Notes under the pieces: generated by a model | Told to the model about the DNA's origin: nothing | The model's input: only the letters and a program-made list of their open reading frames with translations | Databases searched by the model: none | Position numbers and translations under genes: made by a program | Shown: positions 26,456 through 36,762 of the stretch, in pieces | How positions within the stretch are numbered: the first letter of the stretch is position 1 | How the letters are laid out: each line of letters begins with the position of its first letter | Assembly (NCBI GenBank): GCA_038891095.1 | Contig: JAWAEV010000004.1 | Coordinates: forward strand, 570-64,569 | DNA: 64,000 nucleotides | Direction of reading: 5' to 3' | DNA from: Candidatus Altiarchaeota archaeon | GTDB taxonomy: Archaea; Altiarchaeota; Altiarchaeia; IMC4; QMZM01

Positions 26456-27196
26456 ATGTATCCGATAGGTCCAGCAGCATATGATAGAGCAATAACAGTT
26501 TTTAGCCCAGATGGAAGACTTTTTCAGGTTGAATATGCAAGAGAGGCTGTGAAAAGAGGCACAACAGCTTGTGGTATTACATATAAAAATGGCGTTCTCT
26601 TAGCAGTGGATAAATCAATTTCTTCGAAGCTTATAATTCCTGATTCTATAGAAAAAATTTTTAAGGTAGATGAGCATATTGCAATTTCCACATCAGGATT
26701 AGTTGCAGATGCTCGGCGCTTAGTTGAGGATGCTCGCTTAATTGCACAAAGAAATAGGCTTATCTATAATGAGCCTGTAACAGTTTTAAGTCTCACTAGA
26801 GAAATATGTAATACAAAACAATTGTATACACAGTATGGTGGTGCAAGACCTTTTGGAGCAGCACTTCTAATTGCTGGTTTAAATGAGGAGCCTCATCTAT
26901 TTGAAACTGATCCAAGTGGAGCATTTACTGAATATTTTGCAACTGCAATCGGTATTGGTAAAACAGAAGTTGAAAAAATTTTTGAGAAATACTATCAACA
27001 AGGCCTTTCTAGGAAAGAAGCAATAGAATTAGCTATACGAGGACTGAATGCTGTTTCTACTGAAAAATTGAAAAAAGAAAACATAGAGATGATAACAATA
27101 GAAAGAGACAAACCATATTCTTATGTAAGTATTGATGAAATTTCAGATGTTTTTTCAAGACTTTCAAAGGAATTAGAAAAAGAAAAGAAAAAGTAG
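26456..27196 (+). CDS. psmA: Proteasome subunit alpha
   Basis: The N-terminus is [20 protein letters not shown]. The protein is 246 aa, and an SD-like AGGTGG precedes the ATG. Confidence 0.95.
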   Translation: MYPIGPAAYDRAITVFSPDGRLFQVEYAREAVKRGTTACGITYKNGVLLAVDKSISSKLIIPDSIEKIFKVDEHIAISTSGLVADARRLVEDARLIAQRNRLIYNEPVTVLSLTREICNTKQLYTQYGGARPFGAALLIAGLNEEPHLFETDPSGAFTEYFATAIGIGKTEVEKIFEKYYQQGLSRKEAIELAIRGLNAVSTEKLKKENIEMITIERDKPYSYVSIDEISDVFSRLSKELEKEKKK

Positions 27197-27276
27197 CTCA
27201 TTTTTACCGAAATTATAGAAAGGTCAGAATCACCATATCCTAAAATTTTATTTTTCTAGTGAGTTAAAAAAATAAG

Positions 27277-27987
27277 ATGGTTGATATAAATAAAGCAAGT
27301 GTTATAAAATTAAAAATTTCTGGGGAAAATTTTGAAGTTTTGGTTGACCCTGATTTAGCATTTGATTATCGTTCTGGAAAGAACATAAACATAGAGAGAA
27401 TTCTTGCCATTCCTGAAATTTTTAAGGATGCAAAAACAGGAGATAAAGCGTCTCTTGAACGAATGAAACAGGTATTTGGAACAGATGATATTCTTAAAAT
27501 TGCTGATATAATTATAAAAAAGGGAGAATTTTCTCTAACAACAGAACAAAGAAGGAAAATTTTAGAGGAAAAGAGAAGACAGATAATTAACATAATTGCA
27601 AGAAATGCAATTGATCCGAAAACAAAATTACCGCATCCACCAAAGAGAATAGAAATTGCAATGGAAGAAGCAAAAGTTTCAATTGATTTTAGAAAAAGTG
27701 CAGAAGAGCAGGTTGAAGATGTTGTCAGAGCGATTCGGCCTTTGTTGCCTATAAAATTTGAAACCATAAAATTAGCAGTAAAAATTCCTGTGCAATATTA
27801 CAATAGCTGCTATAAAAAATTAAGGGAGATATCAGAAATACAAAAAGAAGAATGGTCAGCTCAAGATTACTTATGCTTAGTTGAACTCCCTGCTGGGCTA
27901 CAAGATGAATTCTATTCGTCATTAAATAGTTTAACTCATGGTGAAGTAAAAATAAAAATTCTTGAAAAAGAAGATGTTAGAAAATGA
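27277..27987 (+). CDS. Ribosome maturation protein SDO1/SBDS
   Basis: 236 aa. It sits in the conserved position between psmA and rrp4. The N-terminal FYSH-like region reads [27 protein letters not shown]. Confidence 0.85.
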   Translation: MVDINKASVIKLKISGENFEVLVDPDLAFDYRSGKNINIERILAIPEIFKDAKTGDKASLERMKQVFGTDDILKIADIIIKKGEFSLTTEQRRKILEEKRRQIINIIARNAIDPKTKLPHPPKRIEIAMEEAKVSIDFRKSAEEQVEDVVRAIRPLLPIKFETIKLAVKIPVQYYNSCYKKLREISEIQKEEWSAQDYLCLVELPAGLQDEFYSSLNSLTHGEVKIKILEKEDVRK

Positions 27988-28657
27988 TAGAACTTTTGTA
28001 ATACCAGGACAAAAAATTTCTGAAGCAGGAAATACAGAGTGTAACTTAAATTGTTATTTTGAAGATAATGCTATCATCTCATCTGTAGTTGGGTTAGCTA
28101 AATTTGAAGGTAGTAGAGGTAACAATATAGTAAATGTTATACCCTCTTCCGGTGTTTATATCCCAAAGCCAGATGATGTCGTCCTTGCTATTATCAAAAG
28201 AGAGCACTCAACATGCTTTGAGTTGGATATAAATTCTCCATATGAATGCATCCTCCTAAAGGAAGAATTTCATGAAAATAGAAAATTAATCAGAAGAGAA
28301 CAAGAAGAAAAATTTAAAGTTGGCGATCTACTTAGTGTGAAAATCTTAAGTGTAAATGAGATAAATTTCTCACAAGCAATAAAGCCATGGAAACTTGAAG
28401 TTGCAAGAGTGCTCGAGGTGAATCCAAAAAGAGTTCCGAGGATCATAGGCAGAAAAAAATCAATGCTCTCTTTGCTTAGAGAAAAAACAAAATGTAATAT
28501 TATCGTTGGCCAGAATGGTAGGGTATGGATAAAAGGTAAAAATGAAGAACTTGCAGTTAGGGTTATAGAAAAAATTGTAGAAGAAGCTCTAACTCAAGGC
28601 TTGACTGATAGAATTGAAAAATTTTTAGATAAAGAAATTTCAGCTATGGAAAAATGA
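27974..28657 (+). CDS. rrp4: Exosome complex RNA-binding subunit Rrp4 (S1 plus KH)
   Basis: It has the [11 protein letters not shown]-terminus, S1-like and KH ([28 protein letters not shown]) regions. The ATG at 27974 overlaps the SBDS stop by 14 nt (the track start at 27962 is TTG). Confidence 0.85.
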   Translation: MLENDRTFVIPGQKISEAGNTECNLNCYFEDNAIISSVVGLAKFEGSRGNNIVNVIPSSGVYIPKPDDVVLAIIKREHSTCFELDINSPYECILLKEEFHENRKLIRREQEEKFKVGDLLSVKILSVNEINFSQAIKPWKLEVARVLEVNPKRVPRIIGRKKSMLSLLREKTKCNIIVGQNGRVWIKGKNEELAVRVIEKIVEEALTQGLTDRIEKFLDKEISAMEK

Positions 28658-29376
28658 AAGAGAATATAAAATTAATTGTTGATGGTAGGAGAATTGATGG
28701 TAGAAAATTTGATGAATTGAGGCAGATAAAGATGTCTGTTGGTGTTTTGAAAAATGCCACTGGCTCTGCTTATGTTGAATGGGGTAAAAATAAAGTTATT
28801 GCCGGTGTCCATGGTCCAAGAGAGTTACATCCAAAATTTCTGAGAGATCCAACAAGGGCGTTGCTTAGGTGCGTTTATAACTTAGCTCCATTTTCAGTAG
28901 ATGAAAGAAAAAAACCTGGGCCTGATAGGAGAAGCATTGAAATTTCAAAAGTCACAACAGAAGCATTTTCATCAGTTATTCTGTTGGAGAGATTTCCAGA
29001 TACTGTTATAGATGTTTTTATAGAGATTTTACAAGCTGATGCAGGTACAAGGTGTGCAGGCATAGTTGCAGCATCATTAGCTTTAGCAGATGCAGGAATT
29101 CCAATGAGAGATTTAATTAGTGCATGCGCAGCAGGAAAAATTGAAAATGAGATTGTCCTTGATCTTTGCAAAGAGGAGGATAATTATGGTGAGAGCGACT
29201 TACCAATTGCAATAATCCCAAGAAAAAAAGAATATGTGCTTTTGCAAATGGATGGAAAATTAACAAAGGAGGAATTTCAAAAAGCTCTAAGGCTTGCAAC
29301 TGATGGAGCAATGAAAATTTATGAAATGCAAAAGGAAACTTTAATGAAAAATTTATCTAATCAAAATGGAAGTTGA
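28654..29376 (+). CDS. rrp41: Exosome complex exonuclease Rrp41 (RNase PH-like)
   Basis: The motif is [43 protein letters not shown]. It has an ATGA overlap with the rrp4 stop. Confidence 0.9.
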   Translation: MKENIKLIVDGRRIDGRKFDELRQIKMSVGVLKNATGSAYVEWGKNKVIAGVHGPRELHPKFLRDPTRALLRCVYNLAPFSVDERKKPGPDRRSIEISKVTTEAFSSVILLERFPDTVIDVFIEILQADAGTRCAGIVAASLALADAGIPMRDLISACAAGKIENEIVLDLCKEEDNYGESDLPIAIIPRKKEYVLLQMDGKLTKEEFQKALRLATDGAMKIYEMQKETLMKNLSNQNGS

Positions 29377-30145
29377 AGCTTATTTGAAAAGGGACTATAT
29401 AAGAAATTTAATTTCTCAAGGAAAAAGAATTGATGGTAGAAAATTTGATGAATACAGGAAGTTAGAAATCATAAAGGGCTATGTTTCAGAAAAATGCTGT
29501 GGTTCTGCACTAGTGAACTTAGGTAATACAAAAGTTTTAGTTGGCGTTTCGATGGATGTCGGCGAGCCTTATCCTGATGCTCCTGGGGAGGGCGTTCTTA
29601 CAGTTAGCGCAGAACTTAGGCCTGTTGCATCATCAAAATTTGAGTTAGGGCCACCGGATGACATCTCAATTGAGATTGCGAGAGTTGTTGATCGTGGCAT
29701 TAGAGAAGCAAAAGCAATCGAACTTGATAAAATGTTTATTGAGGAAGGAAAAGTATGGATCATATTTGTTGACATTCATGTTCTTGACTATATGGGAAAT
29801 TTAATTGATGCTTCAGGAATAGCGGCAATTTCAGCATTGCTAAACACAAAAATTCCAAAATATGAGGATGACAAAATTGTAAGAGGCGAATTCCAAGGAA
29901 AATTACCTTTAAGGGAAATTCCAATTCCATGCACAACAGCAAAGATTTCAAATGCATTTGTTTTTGACCCAAATCTTGACGAAGAATATGCAATGGATTC
30001 AAGGTTAACAGTTACAACAACTGATACAATAAACGCAATGCAAAAAGGAAATTTTGGAAGTTTTACTGAAAGGGAAATTTTTGAGATAGTTGAAAATTCA
30101 TTCAAAAAAGCAGATGAGTTGCGGAGGTTTGTAATTTCAGAGTAA
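29366..30145 (+). CDS. rrp42: Exosome complex subunit Rrp42 (RNase PH-like)
   Basis: 259 aa with an RNase PH fold signature ([15 protein letters not shown]...[16 protein letters not shown]). It overlaps the rrp41 stop by 11 nt. Confidence 0.9.
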   Translation: MEVEAYLKRDYIRNLISQGKRIDGRKFDEYRKLEIIKGYVSEKCCGSALVNLGNTKVLVGVSMDVGEPYPDAPGEGVLTVSAELRPVASSKFELGPPDDISIEIARVVDRGIREAKAIELDKMFIEEGKVWIIFVDIHVLDYMGNLIDASGIAAISALLNTKIPKYEDDKIVRGEFQGKLPLREIPIPCTTAKISNAFVFDPNLDEEYAMDSRLTVTTTDTINAMQKGNFGSFTEREIFEIVENSFKKADELRRFVISE

Positions 30146-30166
30146 ACACCTGTTTAATCAATAAAA

Positions 30167-32482
30167 TCAAAAAGAGCCAAGAGTTATTTGTTTTCCCAAA
30201 CCCTTAAGTTCATCTTCACTATAACCTAAAGACTCCAAAATTCTGAAAACTGCTGGTAGAACTTGGTTGTTTATGTAATAGTCAGCATCATAATCTCCTT
30301 CTTCGACGAAGTCAATTATCTTAGCCTTATCTGAAATTGAAGAGCCTTTTTTTGTTATAATATATGTTATAATATCTCCTTGCCTAAATTCAAAACCTTG
30401 TTTCATTGCTTTCTTTGCTGCAACTATATGTGGGCCATCTTGCACATATTCAGCCATATTTCTTGTTATCTGTGTATTTATTGCAAGGTCCTTAAGAGAA
30501 ATTTTTCCATCTTTTATCCTTTTGACTGTTTCTTTGACAATTTCTGCAGCTTTCTTAGGGTCATTATCCTTCAGTAAAGCCATAAGCACTTTATTTTGTG
30601 TCTCTTTCGCGACATTTGCCCAATCGCGCCTTCTTGTTTCAAGCCCTTTGACAATTAAATTTCCTTTTTCGTCTATCAAAGCATATCTTTTTTTTGTTAT
30701 GAAAATTCCTCTTGGATAAAAACCATCAAATTCTAACTCCATTGCTTCTGGTAATTCAGAATTAATTTTTTTTAGAAATGTAAATGCATCATTCAAAATT
30801 TTCTCTTTTTCTTTCTCAGAATGCTTTGTTAAGTAAACTGAATCAGTATCACCATAAAGAACATCGAAACCAAATTTTTTAGCCTCATTTATCGTTCTAT
30901 GGATATATTCCCTACCAAGAGCAGCAATTATTTCTGCACATTCTTTTGAGTACCATCTTGCACGGGCAAAAGCATAATAGCCATACATTGAATTTGCTAA
31001 AATTTTCAATGCTTGCTGTTCAACATTTAGAAATTTTTTTCTTTCAATATCAATTTCTTCCTTTAACTTTCTTTTAACTTCAATTCTTCTGTCTATTAAT
31101 TCTCTTAAAATTTCAGGTATGAATCCCTTTTTATTTTTACAAAAATGATACTCCCCCTGTTTTTCTTTACCAATACAACAATTACAATCTAATGTTGAGG
31201 GATCTATGTTATAGGAAATAATGATACTTGGATATAATGAGCGAAAATCAAAAAGAACTATTGAGTTGTGAATTCCTTTTTTTGGCTCGACAACATATGC
31301 TCCAACATATGAGCTTCTCTGTCTCTCTTCTGCAACTCTGTCAGGTGGTTTATTAGGCACGAGAATGTTCTTTTCAAATGCTCTTCTTATTAACAAAGCT
31401 TCAACTCTTTGGCTAGCACTTGAGCGAGATGATTCATATATTAGGTCGCGAGTTATTCTTGAAAGTTCATATTGTAAAGGAAGCACAACTAAAGCTATTT
31501 TTAATGTTGAGATAGCATCACTCATTGAATACTCAAAAATTTTTTTTATAAATTCTTTATTGTTCGAGTCCCAAAATCTGTGCATTTCACCTGTTTGTAT
31601 ATCTATTTTTTCTTCACCAAAAATTTCAAGATAAACATCCTCAAGTGTGTAGCGAGAAAGATTAAAAATTTGTCTGCAAATTGGAAAGAGATCAATATGT
31701 GGCCTGCCTTTAACTCTCGCTCCAAGATTCATCCCACGACGTTCTAATTTTACTTCACTGTTGTCAATCCCTAAATCTAATTGAATTTTATATTTTCCTG
31801 CTCTCTCTTTTAGATATGGAAAATCAAAGTTATCACCATTATAGCTAATAATAATGTCAATCTCCTGCTTCTTTACCATCTCTATAAATTTTTTTATTAC
31901 TTCTGCTTCATCCTTCAGAGTTTCAACAAATTCTAGTTCTGAGTTATGCCTATAAGTGAAAACTTTTTTCATGCCCAAATTATCAGCATAGCTTATCATA
32001 AGTATCGGGTCTCTATCAGAATGTGGTTCACCTTTTGGGTTATAAACTTCCAAATCAAATGCTGCAATTCTTAAATTTATTTTCTCAGCATTTTCCATTG
32101 GAATTAGCTCAGAATTTATTATATATCTTTCAGAGAAGGGTATATCTGCTTCTCTTATCTCTTTGCAATTTTCAGAATTTTTTATAATCTCTCTTAATTC
32201 AGGCACATTTTTTGGCTGTTTTACTGTTATAGAGAGAACTTCTATTTCATTACATAGGTCTATCATCCTCTTTTTCTCAACTTTTACAACATTTGGTAAT
32301 TTTTTAACTTCTTCAAAAAGCTCTGAGGTTTTTCCCTCCTTTGGAATTGCGTAAAAATATGGCTCAAAATTTTTAACTTCTTCAATTTCTCTACCTTTCT
32401 CAGTTTTATAGAAAAGCCTGACAACTGCCTTTTCATTAACAGTAACATAATCTGCATCAAGAAGACATTTCATTTTTTCCAT
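30167..32482 (-). CDS. polB: Family B DNA polymerase (PolB), no intein
   Basis: 771 aa. Exo I is FDLEV and Exo II is YNGDNFDFPYL. Pol motif A is DFRSLYPSII, motif B is KILANSMYGY, and motif C is YGDTDS. Confidence 0.95.
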   Translation of the reverse strand: MEKMKCLLDADYVTVNEKAVVRLFYKTEKGREIEEVKNFEPYFYAIPKEGKTSELFEEVKKLPNVVKVEKKRMIDLCNEIEVLSITVKQPKNVPELREIIKNSENCKEIREADIPFSERYIINSELIPMENAEKINLRIAAFDLEVYNPKGEPHSDRDPILMISYADNLGMKKVFTYRHNSELEFVETLKDEAEVIKKFIEMVKKQEIDIIISYNGDNFDFPYLKERAGKYKIQLDLGIDNSEVKLERRGMNLGARVKGRPHIDLFPICRQIFNLSRYTLEDVYLEIFGEEKIDIQTGEMHRFWDSNNKEFIKKIFEYSMSDAISTLKIALVVLPLQYELSRITRDLIYESSRSSASQRVEALLIRRAFEKNILVPNKPPDRVAEERQRSSYVGAYVVEPKKGIHNSIVLFDFRSLYPSIIISYNIDPSTLDCNCCIGKEKQGEYHFCKNKKGFIPEILRELIDRRIEVKRKLKEEIDIERKKFLNVEQQALKILANSMYGYYAFARARWYSKECAEIIAALGREYIHRTINEAKKFGFDVLYGDTDSVYLTKHSEKEKEKILNDAFTFLKKINSELPEAMELEFDGFYPRGIFITKKRYALIDEKGNLIVKGLETRRRDWANVAKETQNKVLMALLKDNDPKKAAEIVKETVKRIKDGKISLKDLAINTQITRNMAEYVQDGPHIVAAKKAMKQGFEFRQGDIITYIITKKGSSISDKAKIIDFVEEGDYDADYYINNQVLPAVFRILESLGYSEDELKGLGKQITLGSF

Positions 32483-32745
32483 TAAAAAGGTAATTTTGGT
32501 AATGGGATTCTTAGAAAATTCATAGCATAGGCTATCATTAAAAGTATGAGTAAAAATATCAATGCTCCAAGCATAAATCCAAAGCCAAAACGAATTGCAT
32601 CAACCAATTCAATTTTTAAGAAAACCTCCTCTGGCTTATGCTCTGACTCAAAAATCTTCCTCTTTTGGGTTTTTATTATTATATAGATAGCTTCTACAAT
32701 TGCAATTCCTAATATTGCTATCAATGCAATGCTTAAATATTCCAC
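32482..32745 (-). CDS. Small two-TM membrane protein, translationally coupled to polB
   Basis: 87 aa with two hydrophobic helices. Its TAA stop shares one base with the polB ATG (TAATG). Confidence 0.5.
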   Translation of the reverse strand: MEYLSIALIAILGIAIVEAIYIIIKTQKRKIFESEHKPEEVFLKIELVDAIRFGFGFMLGALIFLLILLMIAYAMNFLRIPLPKLPF

Positions 32746-32780
32746 TTTATTTTATAATTCACTTTCATTTATAAAACATA

Positions 32781-33674
32781 TTAAATTCTTTCTTGTTTCA
32801 TCCCCCACATCTCTGCTGAAATTGTTGAGCCATAAATGAATATTCTACTTATTCCAATTCTTGTGTTTTCATCAATCCATTGACCGTATTTGTCAGTAAG
32901 ATAAATCTTCCTCTCAATTCCATCAGGTGAGCGAACATAGAGGCAAAGGCCATCAGGCTTTTTACTTTTAGAGATGACATATTTTATCTTAAAGGAATAG
33001 ATATCATAACCTGAAAATACAGTATTTGATATTGGAAAAATTTGTGAATCTTTTGGTGGTTTTTCTAAAATTTTATACTCTCCCCAAAAAACAAAAGCAC
33101 AATAAGGTTCACCTTCAACACAATTTTCCTTTTCAATATCGCATCTCTTCAATAGTTCTCTTTTTGCTATTCTAATGCATTGGGCTGACGGAGTTCCTGG
33201 ATACTTACAAACTGGATCAGTATAAACACTATAGATAAGATTGGCATCGCAGGTATAATTATGTGTTACCTCTCTAACACCACAATCAGAGTTAGTGCAG
33301 CATTTTGCATTACATCCTAGTGTTGTAGATGTTGTAGTTGTTTCTTCGAATTCAAAATTAAGGCAACAACATTTTTGCTCAAAACAGCCTTCATTACCAA
33401 TATATACAAAGTTTTCACTACATTCATCAAGGCAAAATCCTGTAGGAAAGCCATAAATAACACAACTATCATTGCATTTTATTGTGGTTGTTGTAAATGT
33501 TGTAAGAATTTCAGGTGTTGTATACCGCATCTCTGTCGTTGTGATTATTGTTGTTATCCTTGCTTCTGTTGTCAATGTAGTTGTTGTGCTCACAGGAATA
33601 TTGTTAATACATCCTAAAAAAATTGAAGTAATAATGACCGTAGTTAACACAACAAATAAATTTAAAATTTTCAT
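32781..33674 (-). CDS. Secreted Cys-rich protein with Thr-rich linkers (possible lipoprotein)
   Basis: 297 aa. The signal peptide ends in FLGC. Thr-rich spacers separate two Cys-dense modules (CNDSCVIYGFPTGFCLDECS...CCC and CNAKCCTNSDC...C...C). Confidence 0.6.
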   Translation of the reverse strand: MKILNLFVVLTTVIITSIFLGCINNIPVSTTTTLTTEARITTIITTTEMRYTTPEILTTFTTTTIKCNDSCVIYGFPTGFCLDECSENFVYIGNEGCFEQKCCCLNFEFEETTTTSTTLGCNAKCCTNSDCGVREVTHNYTCDANLIYSVYTDPVCKYPGTPSAQCIRIAKRELLKRCDIEKENCVEGEPYCAFVFWGEYKILEKPPKDSQIFPISNTVFSGYDIYSFKIKYVISKSKKPDGLCLYVRSPDGIERKIYLTDKYGQWIDENTRIGISRIFIYGSTISAEMWGMKQERI

Positions 33675-33682
33675 CTTTCTAC

Positions 33683-34615
33683 TTAATACTTTAGCATTCT
33701 TTCTGTTAAAATATTAAAGTCTATGCCATCAGTCTCAACGATAATAGTACCTTCATTGTCTGTTCTATGAACTTCTATTTTCTCTAAAATTTTAAGTGTC
33801 TTAAGTGAAGGATGCCCATAGATATTGTCTTTTCCAACTGAGATAATTGCAATCTTAGGATTTACTTTATTCAAAAATTGTAATGATGTTGCTGTTTTAT
33901 CCCCTGAAAAAGCAACTTTTAAAATTTCCGCACTTAAATTTCCTTGAAGCTGCGCCTCGCACTCAAAATTACAATCACTCATAAGCATAAAGTGCGCATC
34001 TCCAAAACCTAAGCGCAATACTATAGAATTTTTTATCATCTCTGCATATGGCCTTGCGACTTTTGGCCAAAGAACTTCAATTTTTGCATCTGAAAATTTC
34101 AAAGAGTTATCTTTACTTAAAATTCCAGTTGAAATATTTTTAGCTTTAATTTCTGATGCATACTTCTTGTATGTTTCAGTATAATAAATTTGTCCATTTT
34201 CAAAAATTTTCTTTACATTAAAATTTTTCAAAACAGTATCACAAGCTCCAAGATGTTCATCCCTAAAATTTGTTACAATAAGAAATTCTAATGTTGAGAT
34301 GTTCCTCTTGTAGAGATAATAATAAATTTTTCTGTAATTGCTACCACAGTCAATTAATGCATATAAACCATCTTTCTCAAGAAGAATAGCATCGCCTTCG
34401 CCAACATCAATGAAATGAACTTTCAGTTTTGATTTTGTTACAATGGTAGTTGTTGTAATTGTTGTCGTAAATTCTACTGTCTCATAAGTTGAGGTTGTCT
34501 CTTGTAGTGTAGTAATTGTCGTTTCCTCTTTCTTTTGAAAATTTTCTATACAACAAGAAAAAATTAAAATAAAAAAGAGAAATATGAAAATTTTTTCCTT
34601 AGCTAAGATATTCAT
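33683..34615 (-). CDS. Secreted metallo-beta-lactamase-fold protein (ComEC C-terminal domain-like) with a degenerate metal motif
   Basis: 310 aa. The signal peptide (IFSCC) is followed by a Thr-rich linker and then KVHFIDVGEGDAILLEKDGLYALIDCG and IYGHPS, as in ComEC/Rec2 MBL domains. The HxHxDH position reads TNFRDEH. Confidence 0.65.
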   Translation of the reverse strand: MNILAKEKIFIFLFFILIFSCCIENFQKKEETTITTLQETTSTYETVEFTTTITTTTIVTKSKLKVHFIDVGEGDAILLEKDGLYALIDCGSNYRKIYYYLYKRNISTLEFLIVTNFRDEHLGACDTVLKNFNVKKIFENGQIYYTETYKKYASEIKAKNISTGILSKDNSLKFSDAKIEVLWPKVARPYAEMIKNSIVLRLGFGDAHFMLMSDCNFECEAQLQGNLSAEILKVAFSGDKTATSLQFLNKVNPKIAIISVGKDNIYGHPSLKTLKILEKIEVHRTDNEGTIIVETDGIDFNILTERMLKY

Positions 34616-34621
34616 CTCAAC

Positions 34622-35710
34622 TTAGATTTTTTGAAATCTGCTTTCTAATTTTTTCATTACTTCTGGAAGAGTTGTGTACTCCATCTCCCCAGGTGGCAGT
34701 AAATGTGGTTGGAAAGGCCCATGCCTTCGCATATAGTAAGCTAACTCATTTGCTTGTTTTCTTGCTAAGTCAAATGAAACATCTGAGAAGAGATCAACTG
34801 GGCCAGCTAATTTTCCATTTTTCATTGAAAATGCTAAACCAACTATCCTAGGCGGCCCATCAAATCTTGTTGGATTCGCATCTTTCTCACTAACAGGCAT
34901 TAATGGCCCTCTATGTGAACCTCGCATCCATCCAGCAATTAAAAATGGCTTTGAGAATGGCTCTACTACTTCACCAGTTGCTGGATATCCAGATTGAGAT
35001 CTTACTAACATGCATGGATCATCTTTGCCAACATATCTACCAGCAATTAAATTTACCTTCTCAGTTGATGCAACTGCTGCGATTTCTCCAGATTTTTTAT
35101 AGACTCTTTTTATAGCGTATATATCTGTTAAGCCTATTAAAGCTAAAAGATCATAGCTTTCTTCAGGAGTATCAAAGAAAATTTTTCTTGAGCCTTTTAC
35201 ATCATGCACTTCAAATTTGAAACCGTCATGTAGTTTAGGGTCTAAAACTAAGCCAGCTGTATTAAATGGATTTGCAAACATTTCAAACAAAGGCAAATTA
35301 AATGCTGATGCCTCAGTTTTATCTGCCATAAATGCTATCACAACTTCAGCTGGCCGTTCTTCAATTTCCATTTCAGCAATTCCTGGGCCTAAACCACGAA
35401 CATTTCCAGAGAATGCCTCAGCTAATAAATCCTGACCCGCACCATATAAGCCTAATTTCTTTGCAATTTCAGCACTTTCTTCAAAAGTTTCCCATGCAAG
35501 TTTATGAATTTTTTTTGAATCAACTCCTTCTTTATGCGTCATTATAAGTTCTAAATCATCACCACATCTTGTAACATAGGAATCAATTAATAACTTTCCA
35601 TGTTCTTTTTTAAGTTTTTCCTTAGCTATATCCATGATCTTCTCATGGACCTTTACATGCCCACCAATACTACCAATATCTGCCTTTATCAAACTTATTG
35701 TAGTTTTCAT
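34622..35710 (-). CDS. fbp: Fructose-1,6-bisphosphate aldolase/phosphatase (class V FBPase)
   Basis: 362 aa. The N-terminus is TISLIKADIGSIGGH, with full-length resemblance to the archaeal bifunctional FBP aldolase/phosphatase family. Confidence 0.93.
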   Translation of the reverse strand: MKTTISLIKADIGSIGGHVKVHEKIMDIAKEKLKKEHGKLLIDSYVTRCGDDLELIMTHKEGVDSKKIHKLAWETFEESAEIAKKLGLYGAGQDLLAEAFSGNVRGLGPGIAEMEIEERPAEVVIAFMADKTEASAFNLPLFEMFANPFNTAGLVLDPKLHDGFKFEVHDVKGSRKIFFDTPEESYDLLALIGLTDIYAIKRVYKKSGEIAAVASTEKVNLIAGRYVGKDDPCMLVRSQSGYPATGEVVEPFSKPFLIAGWMRGSHRGPLMPVSEKDANPTRFDGPPRIVGLAFSMKNGKLAGPVDLFSDVSFDLARKQANELAYYMRRHGPFQPHLLPPGEMEYTTLPEVMKKLESRFQKI

Positions 35711-35754
35711 TTTTATCCATTAATTATATTAAATTATCTAAATAAATTCAACAT

Positions 35755-36702
35755 CTAAATAAATTCAACTCTTACCCCTTCATCTGAAATTTCAGTTTTT
35801 ATTACTTTGCCTTTAGCTTCTTCAATTTCTTTACTAACATTGCCTAAAGCGATAATTATACCTCCTTTTCCTGCGCCACAAATTTTAGCTCCAAGGGAAT
35901 TTTTTCTTGCAGCCCAAACGAGTTCTTCAAGTTTTGGATGAGATACCCCAATAGCAGAGAGTAAGCCATGATTTATATTCATCAACTTCCCAAAATTTTC
36001 CATATCTCCTTTTTCTAAAAATTTTCTTCCAGAGATAACAATTTCTTTACTTGCTCTCAGATAGAAATTAAAAAATTTTGGAAATTTTTCCTTAAGTTTC
36101 ATAACCTCCAAAACAACAGTGCCAGTGTCTGAGCTAATTCCAGTATCGCCAATAGTTATCTCAGGATATTTTTTAACTTTCACTCTTGTAAATTTTCCAG
36201 ATCTGTAGAGCATAATCCCACCAAATGTTACTGCAAATGGATCAACTCCTGATGACTTTTTATGAATTATATTCTCTATTTGCCATGCCAAATTTGCAAT
36301 TTCCCTTTTTTTTAAATTTACTCCAAGATCTTTTGAGATTGCTAAGACAAGTGCTGAAGCTAAAGACGCAGAACTTCCAAGTCCTGAAGCAACAGGAATT
36401 TCCGAATTTATTGCTATATTCCAACCACAAAGTTTTTCATTTGTAAATTCGTGAACTCTCTCGACTGCTTCAATTGTCAGTGATAACTCCCTTCTTTTTT
36501 TCATTTCATGGATTTTACTTAACGGAAATTTCTCCTTAAATTTAAGTTCTCTGCTTTCTATAGAAATTTCACCCGTAGAATTTTTCTCAGCAATGACATA
36601 AGTTCTTAAGTTTATTGCCGCAACTAAAACAGGATTTCCATAAACTGCTGCATGTTCTCCAAGCAATATTACTTTCCCTGGAGCTGATGCTTTTGTTACC
36701 AT
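35755..36702 (-). CDS. mvk: Mevalonate kinase (GHMP kinase)
   Basis: The motif SAPGKVILLGEHAAVYG is present together with the GHMP motif PVASGLGSSASLASA. 315 aa. Confidence 0.9.
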   Translation of the reverse strand: MVTKASAPGKVILLGEHAAVYGNPVLVAAINLRTYVIAEKNSTGEISIESRELKFKEKFPLSKIHEMKKRRELSLTIEAVERVHEFTNEKLCGWNIAINSEIPVASGLGSSASLASALVLAISKDLGVNLKKREIANLAWQIENIIHKKSSGVDPFAVTFGGIMLYRSGKFTRVKVKKYPEITIGDTGISSDTGTVVLEVMKLKEKFPKFFNFYLRASKEIVISGRKFLEKGDMENFGKLMNINHGLLSAIGVSHPKLEELVWAARKNSLGAKICGAGKGGIIIALGNVSKEIEEAKGKVIKTEISDEGVRVEFI

Positions 36703-36762
36703 ATTTTAAAATTAGATAATTATTTATATTTGAGATAAATAAAATTTGAGATAAATAAAAAG

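Noticed and set aside
30167-32482. Possible intein or split organisation of PolB
   Set aside because: The polymerase motifs are contiguous with normal spacing in a 771 aa product. There are no intein blocks and no extra insertion.
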